Positions 35,648 through 44,568 of a stretch of 64,000 bases of DNA are shown here, piece by piece. The DNA comes from Burkholderiales bacterium (GTDB lineage Bacteria; Pseudomonadota; Gammaproteobacteria; Burkholderiales; SG8-39). Every line of letters starts with the position of its first letter. Within the stretch, counting starts at the first letter, position 1. Location of the stretch: NCBI GenBank assembly GCA_036394595.1, contig DASWEU010000201.1, positions 395 through 64,394 of the forward strand, in the 5' to 3' direction. A program made the translations under genes and the position numbers. The notes beneath the pieces are model-generated. The model was not told where the DNA came from, did no database searches, and saw nothing but the letters and a program-made list of their open reading frames with translations.

Positions 35648-37321
35648 ATGTTCGACATTCTGATCAGGGGCGGGTTGGTGGTGGACGGCACCGGCGCGGC
35701 TGCACGCAAGGCGGATGTCGGGGTTTTGAACGGAAAGATTTTTGCCGTTAGTAATGAATTAAAAGAAAAATCCGCACAAATCATCGATGCGTCCGGCTTG
35801 GTGGTGGCGCCCGGCTTCATCGACCCGCACACGCACTACGACGCGCAGATCTGCTGGGACGGGGCGGTGTCGCCCTCGAGCTGGCACGGCGTGACCTCGG
35901 TGGTGATGGGCAATTGCGGCGTCGGCATCGCGCCCTGCCGTCCGGCGGCGCGCGAGATCGCGATGAAGGACCTGGTGAACGTCGAGGCGATCCCGTTCGA
36001 GGTGCTGAACGCGGGGATCACCTGGGACTGGGAGAGCTTCCCGCAGTACATGGATGCGGCGCAGCGCCGCAAGCCATCGCTCAACTTGGCTTTCATGGCG
36101 CCTCTTACGCCTTTTCGCCATTACGTCATGGGCGAGGCGTCGATGGAAAGGGCCGCTTCTGCTTCTGAAGTTTCACAAATAAGTTCTTTATTAGGAGAAG
36201 CGGTGGACGCCGGCGCCTTCGGCTTCTCGAGCACGCTGCTCAACCAGCACATGGGCTACGGCGCGCGCCCGCTTGCCTGCCGCAACGCCAGCCGCGACGA
36301 GATCAAGGCCTACTGCAACGTGCTGCGCGACCGCGGCAAGGGCTCGATCGAGTACGCGATGACGCGCCAGATCGCGGTGCTCGAGACGCCGGAGGTCGAG
36401 CTGCTGGAATTCATGCTGGAGGAGAGCCGCCGGCCGGTGACCTTCATCGCCATGTTCGACCGCGACGACCTGCCGGAAGCGGCGCGCGAGACGATGCAGA
36501 AGGTCAAGCCGCTGATCGCGCGCGGCGCGCGGCCGCAGACTTCGCCCCTGCCGCTGACGCGCGAGCTCGTGATGCGCAGTCCCTTTGCTTTTGCCGCCTT
36601 TCCGTCGTGGAAACGTCTGTTCGAGGACACGTCCAAAGCCGCGCAGGCGTCGGTCTACCGGGATCCTCTTTTCAGGAATTCTTTCCGGAAGGATTTGAAG
36701 AGCCCGCTGACCTTTGCCGACTGGGCGAGGATCACCGTGCATGAAGTAAAAAATCTCTCCTTGAAAAAACACGAAGGAAAAACGGTAGCCGAGCTGGCGG
36801 CGGCGCGGGGCGTGGACGGCGTGGATGCGCTGCTCGACCTGACGCTGGAAGACGATCTCGAGAATGAGTTCACGGTGCAGTCGTGGAACACCCGCATCGA
36901 CAGGATGGCGGAATTATTGGGAGATAAAAGTGTCTTGCTAGGCCTCGGCGATGGCGGCGCGCACCTCGACATGCTGTGCGACTCGGGCTATCCGACCTAT
37001 GTGCTCGGCACCTGGGTGCGGGAGAGGAAGGTGCTGACGCTGGAGGAGGCTGTGCGACGGATGACTTCCGACCCCGCGGATTTCTTCGGCATCAAAGGCA
37101 GGGGGAGAATTGCGCCCGGGCTCGCCGCCGATCTCGTGCTGTTCGATCCTGCGACCGTCGGCATGGCGGCGCGCGCCGAGCGGCTGCACGACCTGCCGGG
37201 CGGCGGCAAGCGCATGGTCAAGCGTTCGAGCGGCATCGAGATGACGCTGGTGAACGGCGCGGTGACCTGGGAAAAAGGCGCCCTGACGGGCGCTGCTGCG
37301 GGACAGGTGCTCCGCTCCTGA
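35648..37321 (+). CDS. N-acyl-D-amino-acid deacylase (D-aminoacylase) family amidohydrolase
   Basis: MFDILIRGGLVVDGTG, APGFIDPHTHYD, and C-terminal ADLVLFDP, typical of the D-aminoacylase family. Confidence 0.8.
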   Translation: MFDILIRGGLVVDGTGAAARKADVGVLNGKIFAVSNELKEKSAQIIDASGLVVAPGFIDPHTHYDAQICWDGAVSPSSWHGVTSVVMGNCGVGIAPCRPAAREIAMKDLVNVEAIPFEVLNAGITWDWESFPQYMDAAQRRKPSLNLAFMAPLTPFRHYVMGEASMERAASASEVSQISSLLGEAVDAGAFGFSSTLLNQHMGYGARPLACRNASRDEIKAYCNVLRDRGKGSIEYAMTRQIAVLETPEVELLEFMLEESRRPVTFIAMFDRDDLPEAARETMQKVKPLIARGARPQTSPLPLTRELVMRSPFAFAAFPSWKRLFEDTSKAAQASVYRDPLFRNSFRKDLKSPLTFADWARITVHEVKNLSLKKHEGKTVAELAAARGVDGVDALLDLTLEDDLENEFTVQSWNTRIDRMAELLGDKSVLLGLGDGGAHLDMLCDSGYPTYVLGTWVRERKVLTLEEAVRRMTSDPADFFGIKGRGRIAPGLAADLVLFDPATVGMAARAERLHDLPGGGKRMVKRSSGIEMTLVNGAVTWEKGALTGAAAGQVLRS

Positions 37322-37338
37322 GCGGAGCGCCGCGCAGG

Positions 37339-38286
37339 CTAGAACCCGTACAGGCGCGCCGGATTGTCGACCAGGATTTTCTTGCGGATCGCCGCGTCGG
37401 GCGCCCACGCCGGCAACAAATTCAGCACCAGGCCGTCGTCGACCTGCCACAGCGGTGACACCTGGGTGGTGCTGCCGTTCACCGAATTCGGATGCGGCCA
37501 GTTGGTCCCCCAGATGCAGCGGTCGACGTTGGCCTTGATCAGCATTTGGGCAAGCGGCGTGAAATGGCCGTAGTTCTGGCGCGGGCCCGCGGTGACCGAA
37601 ATCTTGACGTAGGCCTTGCCCGAACGCACGAGGTCCACCAGATCGGAGAAGCCGGGTTGCCCGACGCCGAGTTCTTCCTTTGCGTTGCCGTAATGATCGA
37701 ACACCAGCGGCACTGGCGAGGCGGCCAGAGCATCCTTCATCGCGGCGATGACCGGCAGCGTCGTATTGAGCTGAATGTGCCAGTTGCGGCTCTTTACGCG
37801 CCCGACGGCGGCGAGAAAACGCTGGCGCGCCACATTGGGATCGTTGATGCCGACGGTGGACAGATTGAGCCGGATACCCTTGAAGCCAAGGCGCATCAGG
37901 TTGTCGATCTCCGCCTCGGTCGTCTTGTCGTCGATGACCGCCACGCCGCGCGCATCCTTGCCGCGCGCCTGCATGCCGTAAATCGTCGCCGAGTTGTCGG
38001 CGCCGTAAACGCTCGGCGTGACGATCACCACGCGCTGCATGTGGATCGCCTTGTGCAGCGCCGACATCTCCTCGGGCAGCGCCATCTCGGGCGTATAGGT
38101 ACGTCCCGCAAACCACGGATATTTCGCGGGATCGCCATGGATGTGCGTGTGGCAGTCGCAAGCGCCGGCGGGCACGTCGAAGTTGACCGGCGTCGTCGGC
38201 TGCGACGCCTTGGCAAAGCCGAAGCGGGTGTGCAGGAGCGCGGCGGCGGCAACTGCGCCGGCCACGAAATCGCGTCGTGTCACCAT
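37339..38286 (-). CDS. Amidohydrolase-2 family protein with Tat-like signal
   Basis: MVTRRDFVAGAVAAAALL signal, CDCHTHIHG metal site, WGTNWPHP near the C-terminus. Paralogous in type to 8595..9452. Confidence 0.8.
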   Translation of the reverse strand: MVTRRDFVAGAVAAAALLHTRFGFAKASQPTTPVNFDVPAGACDCHTHIHGDPAKYPWFAGRTYTPEMALPEEMSALHKAIHMQRVVIVTPSVYGADNSATIYGMQARGKDARGVAVIDDKTTEAEIDNLMRLGFKGIRLNLSTVGINDPNVARQRFLAAVGRVKSRNWHIQLNTTLPVIAAMKDALAASPVPLVFDHYGNAKEELGVGQPGFSDLVDLVRSGKAYVKISVTAGPRQNYGHFTPLAQMLIKANVDRCIWGTNWPHPNSVNGSTTQVSPLWQVDDGLVLNLLPAWAPDAAIRKKILVDNPARLYGF

Positions 38287-38323
38287 GATTTTCTCCGTTG
38301 CTTGAACCTGGGGTTTTTAGAGT

Positions 38324-39283
38324 CTATTTATCGGCCCAGGGCAGCTCCTTCCAGAGCTGCCTGAACTGGGCGTCGCCGGCGCGGATCTCGGCATCGAATT
38401 GCGCCGGCGTGAGATAACGCAGCGGCGCGAACACCTTGGCCGCCTGCGCCTGGAACTCCGGATCGGCCGCCGCCTGCGCCACCGCCTTCACCAGGCGCTC
38501 GAGGATTTCCGCCGGCATGCCTTTCGGCGCCGCCATGCCGCGCAGCGCGACCATCTCGAAGGGAAAGCCCTGCTCGCGGCCGGTGGGCAGGTCGGGCGCG
38601 AGGTTGGAGCGCGCCGGGCCGAACTGGCCGAGGTTGCGCATCGGCGCGCCGCCGCGGATCGACTGCAACGACTCGCCGACGTTCATCGCGGCGACATCGA
38701 TCTGCCGCCCCATGATGGCGGCGCGCACTTCGGAGCTGCCCTTGAACGGCACGTGCGTGAGCTTCACGTCCGCCGCGCGCTCGAACATGAGCATCAGCAG
38801 GTGGTCGTCGGAGCCCACCCCCGTGGTGCCGACGGTCAGCTTGCCGGGATTCGCGCGCGCCCAGGCGGCGAGCTCCTGCAGGGTCTTCACCGGCGTGTCG
38901 ACGTGCACGGCGAAATTGCACGGGTCGTCGATGATGTTGCCGAGCAGCTCGAAGCGCTGCGGGCTGCCGAAGATCGCGGGGCGCTCGATCGGAATCGTCA
39001 TCAGCGGCGGCGTGTTGATGAAGCCGATGGTGTAGCCGTCGGCCGGCGCGTTGGCGAGCGCGCCCATCCCCACCTCGCCGCCGGCGCCCGAGCGGTTCAC
39101 CACCAGGATCTTCGCGCCGCCGCCGAGGACCTTCTCGAGGTACGGCGCGATCGCGCGCCCGACCACGTCGGTGCCGCCGCCGGGCGGGTAGGCGATGATC
39201 ATGGTGATGGGCTTCTCCGGGTAAGCAGCCGCCGCCGACCCGGAAATCAGTACGGCGAACAGGAGTAGTGAACTTAGTCTCAT
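38324..39283 (-). CDS. Bug-family (TctC-like) substrate-binding protein
   Basis: Signal peptide MRLSSLLLFAVLISGSAAA, YPEKPITMIIAYPPGGGTD, PADGYT, HVPFKGS. Confidence 0.9.
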   Translation of the reverse strand: MRLSSLLLFAVLISGSAAAAYPEKPITMIIAYPPGGGTDVVGRAIAPYLEKVLGGGAKILVVNRSGAGGEVGMGALANAPADGYTIGFINTPPLMTIPIERPAIFGSPQRFELLGNIIDDPCNFAVHVDTPVKTLQELAAWARANPGKLTVGTTGVGSDDHLLMLMFERAADVKLTHVPFKGSSEVRAAIMGRQIDVAAMNVGESLQSIRGGAPMRNLGQFGPARSNLAPDLPTGREQGFPFEMVALRGMAAPKGMPAEILERLVKAVAQAAADPEFQAQAAKVFAPLRYLTPAQFDAEIRAGDAQFRQLWKELPWADK

Positions 39284-39354
39284 CGGAGCCCCTCTCACTG
39301 CGGGTAGAGTACTACCGTCAACGGAGGCATGGCTTGAGCGTTGAAGAGAGAGGC

Positions 39355-39777
39355 ATGACCAAGATCCCGTTCATTTCCCTGCTGGCGGTCGCGGTCCTCG
39401 CCGCGGGCTGCGCCTCGTCCGCCAAGCCGGTGCTCTATCCCAACGAGCACTTCAAGCAGGTGGGCGACGCCCAGGCCCAGCACGACATCGAGGACTGCCG
39501 CCAGATGGCGGAGGCGGCGGGCGCCGAGACGCACGACTCCGGCCGCGCGATGCGCCCGGCGGCCGAGGGCGCTGCAGTCGGCGGCGCCGTCGGCGGCGTC
39601 GGCAGCGCCATCCGCGGCCGCAACATCGGCGTCGGCGCGCTGGCCGGTGCGGCGATCGGCGGCACCGCAGGCGTCGTGCACGGCGCTTTTCGCGCCGGCG
39701 ACGTCAGCCCGGTGCACCGCGCCTTCGTGCAGCGCTGCATGCGCGAGCGCGGCTACGACGTGATCGGCTGGAAGTAG
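39355..39777 (+). CDS. Lipoprotein with glycine-zipper region
   Basis: Lipobox LAAGC after the signal peptide. Gly/Ala zipper AVGGAVGGVGSAIRGRNIGVGALAGAAIGGTAGVV. Confidence 0.65.
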   Translation: MTKIPFISLLAVAVLAAGCASSAKPVLYPNEHFKQVGDAQAQHDIEDCRQMAEAAGAETHDSGRAMRPAAEGAAVGGAVGGVGSAIRGRNIGVGALAGAAIGGTAGVVHGAFRAGDVSPVHRAFVQRCMRERGYDVIGWK

Positions 39778-39786
39778 AAGCAGCTC

Positions 39787-40317
39787 CTAGATAGTCGCTT
39801 CGAATTCCTTCATCAGCCGGGCGTGCGTGCTCCAGAACGGCCGTGGCTTCACGCCGTTGAGCTGGTCGGCGAGTATGCCGGTGTGCACGGCCCAGCCGCC
39901 GCCGACGGCGATCTTGATGCCCTGTTCGTCGGGCAGCCGGTGGTGGATGGTGAGCAGCACGTCCTTGCCCTTCGGCGCGAGTTCATAGGTCACCTCCGAT
40001 TCACCGCCTTCCCAGCTCCAGGTGTGCGCCAGCAGGCGCAGCGGCTCGAGGCGCGTGATCTTGCCCTTGGCGCTGTGCTTTCCAGCGCCCATGGCGCCGG
40101 CGGGCGCGGCTTCGTCGGTGAGCGTCTCGTTGTCGAAATGCAGCTCGATCTTGCCGCCCACACGAAGGTCGAACTCGCCCGCGGCGAGCCAGGTGGCGCG
40201 CTTCTTCGATTCGGTGAGGTAGGCCCACACCCGTTCGACGGGCCCGGGCAGCAGGCGCTCGAAGCGGATGGTGGAGGGTTTGATAAGGGTGGCGCGCGGG
40301 TTTTCCTGCGTATTCAT
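39787..40317 (-). CDS. SRPBCC superfamily protein (AHSA1/Aha1-like START fold)
   Basis: ERLLPGPVERVWAYLTE ... and the typical pairing downstream of an ArsR-family gene with an ATGA overlap. Confidence 0.7.
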   Translation of the reverse strand: MNTQENPRATLIKPSTIRFERLLPGPVERVWAYLTESKKRATWLAAGEFDLRVGGKIELHFDNETLTDEAAPAGAMGAGKHSAKGKITRLEPLRLLAHTWSWEGGESEVTYELAPKGKDVLLTIHHRLPDEQGIKIAVGGGWAVHTGILADQLNGVKPRPFWSTHARLMKEFEATI

Positions 40318-40676
40318 GGTTTTCTCCCAGGTTTGGGTTTAGGTGTGGATTTGGCCTTAGCAATTGCATCTTCAGCACGAAGCGCCGCCTCCAGCTTGTC
40401 GAGGCGGGTGGTCCAGGCGGCGCGCTCGCGCTGCAGCCAGGCTGCGGCGTCATCGAGCGGCGCGGGATCGAGCGACAGGAAGTGGTCGCGCCCGGCGACG
40501 CGCCGGCGCACCAGGCCCGCGCGCTCCAGGATGCGGATGTGCTTCGAGACCGAATTGAGCGAGATCGCGAACGGCGCCGCGAGCTCGGTGACGCGCGCAT
40601 CGCCGGCGGCGAGGCGCTTGAGGATGGTGCGCCGGGTGTCGTCGGCGAGGGCGACCAGGGTGTCGTCGAGGTCCAT
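40314..40676 (-). CDS. ArsR/SmtB-family winged-helix transcriptional regulator
   Basis: LADDTRRTILKRLAAGDARVTELAAPFAISLNSVSKHIRILERAGLV helix-turn-helix. Confidence 0.85.
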   Translation of the reverse strand: MDLDDTLVALADDTRRTILKRLAAGDARVTELAAPFAISLNSVSKHIRILERAGLVRRRVAGRDHFLSLDPAPLDDAAAWLQRERAAWTTRLDKLEAALRAEDAIAKAKSTPKPKPGRKP

Positions 40677-40685
40677 GGCCTGAAT

Positions 40686-40705
40686 ATTAACCCATATGGG
40701 TTAAT
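40686..40705. promoter_or_regulatory. Perfect 20-bp palindrome, candidate ArsR-family operator
   Basis: ATTAACCCATATGGGTTAAT lies 10 bp upstream of the arsR-like start codon in an AT-rich spacer. Confidence 0.6.
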
Positions 40706-40725
40706 GAATCAAGCCCCCCCTGGAA

Positions 40726-41328
40726 TCAGCGTCGCCGGCGGCGGGGCAGGGCGGCGTCGAGCAGTACTTCGGCCGCGGCGCGCGCCGAGCGCGCGACGGC
40801 GGGGTCGTTGCGCACCATGTAGGAGGAGAGGGCGCCCTCGCCGAGGAGTTGCAGCTGAGTGGCCAGGCTGCCCGGTTCCCTTACTCCTATCCTGGTCAGA
40901 AGCGCGAGGAACCACTGGCGGCGCTGGTCTTTGAATTGGCGGGCGATGCCGGCGGCGGCGTGCTTCGGGTCGGAGAGCTCGGTCACGGCATTGACGTAGG
41001 GGCAGCCGCGGAAATCCGCGCGCTCGAAGGCGCGCTCGAGGTAGTCGAAGTAGCCCAGCACCTGCTCGCGCGCCGGCGCATCGGAAGGCGCCATGTGGCG
41101 GAAGCGCGACGTCAGGTAGGCGGCGATCAGGTCGTCCTTGGTGCGGTAGTGGTGGTAGAGGGTGCGCTTGCTGACGCCGGCTTCGGCCGCCACGGCGTCC
41201 ACCCCCACGGCGCGAATTCCCTGCCGGTAGAACAGCTTATCGGCGGCGGCGAGGATGCGCCCGGCGTGCGGGGACGCATGAGGGGCAAGACGATTGGAAA
41301 CCGATCGGTCTACTTTCACGTTGACCAT
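40726..41328 (-). CDS. TetR/AcrR-family transcriptional regulator
   Basis: ILAAADKLFYRQGIRAVGVDAVAAEAGVSKRTLYHHYRTKDDLI HTH. Divergent from an MFS transporter gene. Confidence 0.85.
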   Translation of the reverse strand: MVNVKVDRSVSNRLAPHASPHAGRILAAADKLFYRQGIRAVGVDAVAAEAGVSKRTLYHHYRTKDDLIAAYLTSRFRHMAPSDAPAREQVLGYFDYLERAFERADFRGCPYVNAVTELSDPKHAAAGIARQFKDQRRQWFLALLTRIGVREPGSLATQLQLLGEGALSSYMVRNDPAVARSARAAAEVLLDAALPRRRRR

Positions 41329-41352
41329 ACTATACCGATTATGGCAGGATAG

Positions 41353-41370
41353 GTAAACCGACCTGTTTAC
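41353..41370. promoter_or_regulatory. Inverted repeat GTAAAC-N6-GTTTAC, candidate TetR operator in the divergent promoter region
   Basis: Located in the 54-bp spacer between the tetR-like and MFS genes. Confidence 0.5.
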
Positions 41371-41382
41371 TTACGGAGCATC

Positions 41383-42600
41383 ATGGCCCCATCCCGCGGT
41401 TCCCTTTTGCTGCTCATCGTGCTGAGCGGCATCATCATTTCCATCTGCATCGGCCTGCGCCAGAGCCTCGGCATCTTCATGCGGCCGATGCAGGCCGAAC
41501 TCGGCATCGGCGCCGCGACCTTCGGCTTTTCCATCGCGCTCTCCAATATCGTCTGGGGCCTCGCCCAGCCCTTCGCCGGCGCGCTCGCCGACAAGCACGG
41601 CCCGCGCCCGGTGCTCGTCGCCACCGCGCTGATCTTCGCCGGCGGCTTGGTGCTGATGGCCTATCCGAAGCTGTTCCCCGGCGCGCTCGAATTCGCCGGC
41701 TTCCTCACCGGCATCGGCACCGCCGGCGCGGGCTTCGGCGTCCTGATCGGCACCGTCTCGCGCGCCACGCCCGAGGCGAAGCGCAGCCAGACCGTCGGTA
41801 TCGTCGCCGCGGCGGGGTCGCTCGGCACCATGGTGCTCGCGCCGCTCGGCCAGGGCGTGATCAACGGCTTCGGCTGGCAGACGGCGATGTTCATGTTCGC
41901 GGCGTTCGCGGCCTCGATCGCGCTTCTCTCCATCCCGGTGCGCGAGCTGGGCGATGCGCCGGCGAGAAAAGGCCCGCAATCGCTGCGGGGAGCAGTGCAA
42001 CAGGCGATCGGCCACAAGGGCTATCTCTTCATGACGCTCGCGTTTTTCGCCTGCGGCTTCCAGTTGGTCTTCATCACCACGCACCTGCCGCTCTACCTGC
42101 AGCTGTGCGGCGTGGCGCCGGGGGTGGCGGCAAGCGCGTTGGGACTGATCGGCCTCTTCAACGCCATCGGCACCTATTGCTTCGGCCTGCTCGGCGCGCG
42201 CTACAGCCAGAAGCACCTGCTGGCGATGATCTACGGGCTGCGCACGCTATTCATCGTGCTGTTCCTGCTGGTGCCGGTGAGCGCCGCCTCGACGCTGGTG
42301 TTCGCCTCGGCCATGGGCTTCCTGTGGCTGGGCGTGGCGCCGCTGATCAGCGGCATCATCGGCCGCGTGTTCGGCCTGACGCACTTCAACACGCTCTACG
42401 GCATCGTCTTCCTCAGCCACCAGTTCGGCTCCTTCTTCGGCGCCTGGATGGGCGGCTTGGTCTACGACTTCGCCGGCAACTACAACTTCGCCTGGGGCGC
42501 GCTGATCGTCATCGGCGTCACCGCCTTCACGCTGCAGTGGCTGATGGACGAGCGCCCGCCGCGCGAAACCGCCGGCGCGCCTTCGCCGATGCCCGCCTGA
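41383..42600 (+). CDS. MFS transporter
   Basis: Approx. 12 hydrophobic helices and an MFS loop motif (GALADKHGPRP). Confidence 0.85.
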   Translation: MAPSRGSLLLLIVLSGIIISICIGLRQSLGIFMRPMQAELGIGAATFGFSIALSNIVWGLAQPFAGALADKHGPRPVLVATALIFAGGLVLMAYPKLFPGALEFAGFLTGIGTAGAGFGVLIGTVSRATPEAKRSQTVGIVAAAGSLGTMVLAPLGQGVINGFGWQTAMFMFAAFAASIALLSIPVRELGDAPARKGPQSLRGAVQQAIGHKGYLFMTLAFFACGFQLVFITTHLPLYLQLCGVAPGVAASALGLIGLFNAIGTYCFGLLGARYSQKHLLAMIYGLRTLFIVLFLLVPVSAASTLVFASAMGFLWLGVAPLISGIIGRVFGLTHFNTLYGIVFLSHQFGSFFGAWMGGLVYDFAGNYNFAWGALIVIGVTAFTLQWLMDERPPRETAGAPSPMPA

Positions 42601-42601
42601 C

Positions 42602-43279
42602 ATGCCCGTCGCGCTGATCGTCGGAGCCGGCAGCGGCCTCAGTGCATCGCTGGGTCGTCTTTTGAAGAAGGAAGGATTTGATATCGCGGTTGCGTCGCGT
42701 ACAGGCGGAAAATTTTTAAAAGAGAATTTCCTCGAGTTGAAATGCGATGCGACCAATCCAGGACAGGTTGAGGAAGCGTTCAAGGCGGTTGAAGCGAAGT
42801 GGGGTGTTCCTGATCTGGTCATCTTCAACGCGGGGTATCGCACGCGCGGGCCGTTCGCGGAATTGAAGGCGGAAGAGGTCAAGAAAACGCTTGAAAGTTC
42901 AGCGTATGGCGGCTTTCTCGTCGCGCAGGCGGCGGCGAAGCGCATGCTCCAGCGCGGCTCGGGGGCGATTTTCTTCACCGGCGCGTCGGCGAGCGTGAAG
43001 GGCTACGCGCAGTCGGCGCCCTTCGCCATGGCCAAGTTCGCGCTACGCGGCCTGGCGCAGAGCATGGCGCGCGAGTTGCACCCTAAGAACATCCACATCG
43101 CCCACTTCGTCATTGACGGCGGCATTCAGCAGGGCAACGACGCGCGCGCCGCGGACCGCGGTGAGGACGGGATGCTATTGCCCGACGAAATCGCGAAGAG
43201 CTATCTGGCGGTGTATCGCCAGCACCGCAGCGCCTGGAGCTGGGAGCTCGAGCTCAGGCCTTGGGTGGAGAAGTTCTAG
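42602..43279 (+). CDS. Short-chain dehydrogenase/reductase (SDR)
   Basis: VGAGSGLSASL cofactor-binding motif, NAG, and a Y-x3-K pair (YAQSAPFAMAK). Confidence 0.8.
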   Translation: MPVALIVGAGSGLSASLGRLLKKEGFDIAVASRTGGKFLKENFLELKCDATNPGQVEEAFKAVEAKWGVPDLVIFNAGYRTRGPFAELKAEEVKKTLESSAYGGFLVAQAAAKRMLQRGSGAIFFTGASASVKGYAQSAPFAMAKFALRGLAQSMARELHPKNIHIAHFVIDGGIQQGNDARAADRGEDGMLLPDEIAKSYLAVYRQHRSAWSWELELRPWVEKF

Positions 43280-43283
43280 AAAA

Positions 43284-43718
43284 CTAGGTCTTTGCCGGAG
43301 GCGGCGGCAGGTTCTCGGGGTGGCACTCGCTCGCCGGGTCGACGTGGTCCCAGTCCCGCGCGGTCGAGGTCCAGATGTTGCCGGTGATCTTCATGCCTCT
43401 CGAGTCATCCAGCGAGCCGGCACGCACCACGACGAAGCCGGGATTCGGATTGCGCGTGCTGTAGATCGGCGAGCCGCAGGTCTCGCAGAAGTGCCGGCTC
43501 AGCGTGCGGCCGCTCTTGGTGGCCTTGTCGTCGTACTGTCGAGTCTTGCCCTTGGTGATCTTGAAGCTGTCGGTGGGCACGACGGCGTTCACGGTGCCGC
43601 CGCTGCCGGAGGATTTCTGGCAGTTGAGGCAGTGGCAGGCGCGCAGCGCGCTCACCGGTACGGCGAGGGTGTAGCGAATGGCGCCGCACAGGCAGCCGCC
43701 GGAGAGGGGCGTCGCCAC
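43284..43718 (-). CDS. GFA-family (glutathione-dependent formaldehyde-activating / CENP-V-like) zinc protein
   Basis: GGCLCGAIRY ... CHCLNCQKSSG ... HFCETCGSP Cys motifs. GTG start one nt after the upstream stop. Confidence 0.75.
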   Translation of the reverse strand: MATPLSGGCLCGAIRYTLAVPVSALRACHCLNCQKSSGSGGTVNAVVPTDSFKITKGKTRQYDDKATKSGRTLSRHFCETCGSPIYSTRNPNPGFVVVRAGSLDDSRGMKITGNIWTSTARDWDHVDPASECHPENLPPPPAKT

Positions 43719-43719
43719 C

Positions 43720-44013
43720 TCACACGCCTTCGACGATGCGGAAGTCGCGCACCGCGCCGTCGCCCAGCGCGCGCAGCGCTTCCTGGTAGCCCGGGCTGTC
43801 GTGCGAGGCGATGGCCTTGGCAACGCTCTCGTACTCGACGACCACCGTGCGCTGCTTGAGACCCTTTTCGTAGACCTGGGCGGGCATTGGCGCTCGCACC
43901 AGGAACTTGCCGCCGTTCGCCATCACCGCCGGGCCGGCGAGCTTGGCGTAGGCGGCGAGCTTCTCGGGATCTTTTATCGAGTGGTAAGTGACGACGCTGT
44001 AGGCCTTGGGCAT
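43720..44013 (-). CDS. DUF1330 domain protein
   Basis: 97 aa; MPKAYSVVTYHSIKDPEKLAAYAKLAGPAV...YQEA pattern typical of DUF1330. Confidence 0.65.
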   Translation of the reverse strand: MPKAYSVVTYHSIKDPEKLAAYAKLAGPAVMANGGKFLVRAPMPAQVYEKGLKQRTVVVEYESVAKAIASHDSPGYQEALRALGDGAVRDFRIVEGV

Positions 44014-44048
44014 GGCGCGGTTCCCTGGAGTGTTTCGGGAAGTCTAGC

Positions 44049-44522
44049 TCAGGCGGCGATGCGCCGGGCTTCCGAGTAGTGCTTCTTCCAGTAGGGATCG
44101 CCGAGGCGGTCGCTGCGCACCGCTTTGTGATTGGAGGGCGCGTGCACGAATTTGCCGTCGCCGAGGTAGATGCCGACATGCGAATTCTTCTTGCCGTCCT
44201 GGTTGAAGAAAATCAGGTCGCCGCGCTGCAGCTCGGCGAGCTTGATGCGATGCGTGGCAAGCCGCTGGCGCGCGGTGCTGCGCGGCACCGCGATGCCGGC
44301 CTGGCTGTAGCTGTATTGCACCAGGCCGCTGCAATCGAAGGCCTTGGGTCCGGCGCTGCCGAACTTGTACGGATGGCCGACCATTTTCAGCGCCTGGCTC
44401 GCGGCGTCGTCGGCCGCCGGTCGCGCGGCGGAGCGCAGTGCCGTCGGCGCACTGGAGCAGGCGCCGAGCGCGGCCAGCGCCGCAGCGAGCAGGAAGCGTC
44501 TCAGGAAGAGCGCGGTATTCAC
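44049..44522 (-). CDS. NlpC/P60 (C40) peptidoglycan endopeptidase lipoprotein
   Basis: Lipobox LGAC, catalytic FDCSGLVQYSY, and HVGIYLGDGKFVHAP His motif. GTG start at 44522. Confidence 0.8.
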   Translation of the reverse strand: MNTALFLRRFLLAAALAALGACSSAPTALRSAARPAADDAASQALKMVGHPYKFGSAGPKAFDCSGLVQYSYSQAGIAVPRSTARQRLATHRIKLAELQRGDLIFFNQDGKKNSHVGIYLGDGKFVHAPSNHKAVRSDRLGDPYWKKHYSEARRIAA

Positions 44523-44568
44523 GGCACGGGATACTACGCCGGTCCGGCCGGCCGCGCGTTTCGCGCCG

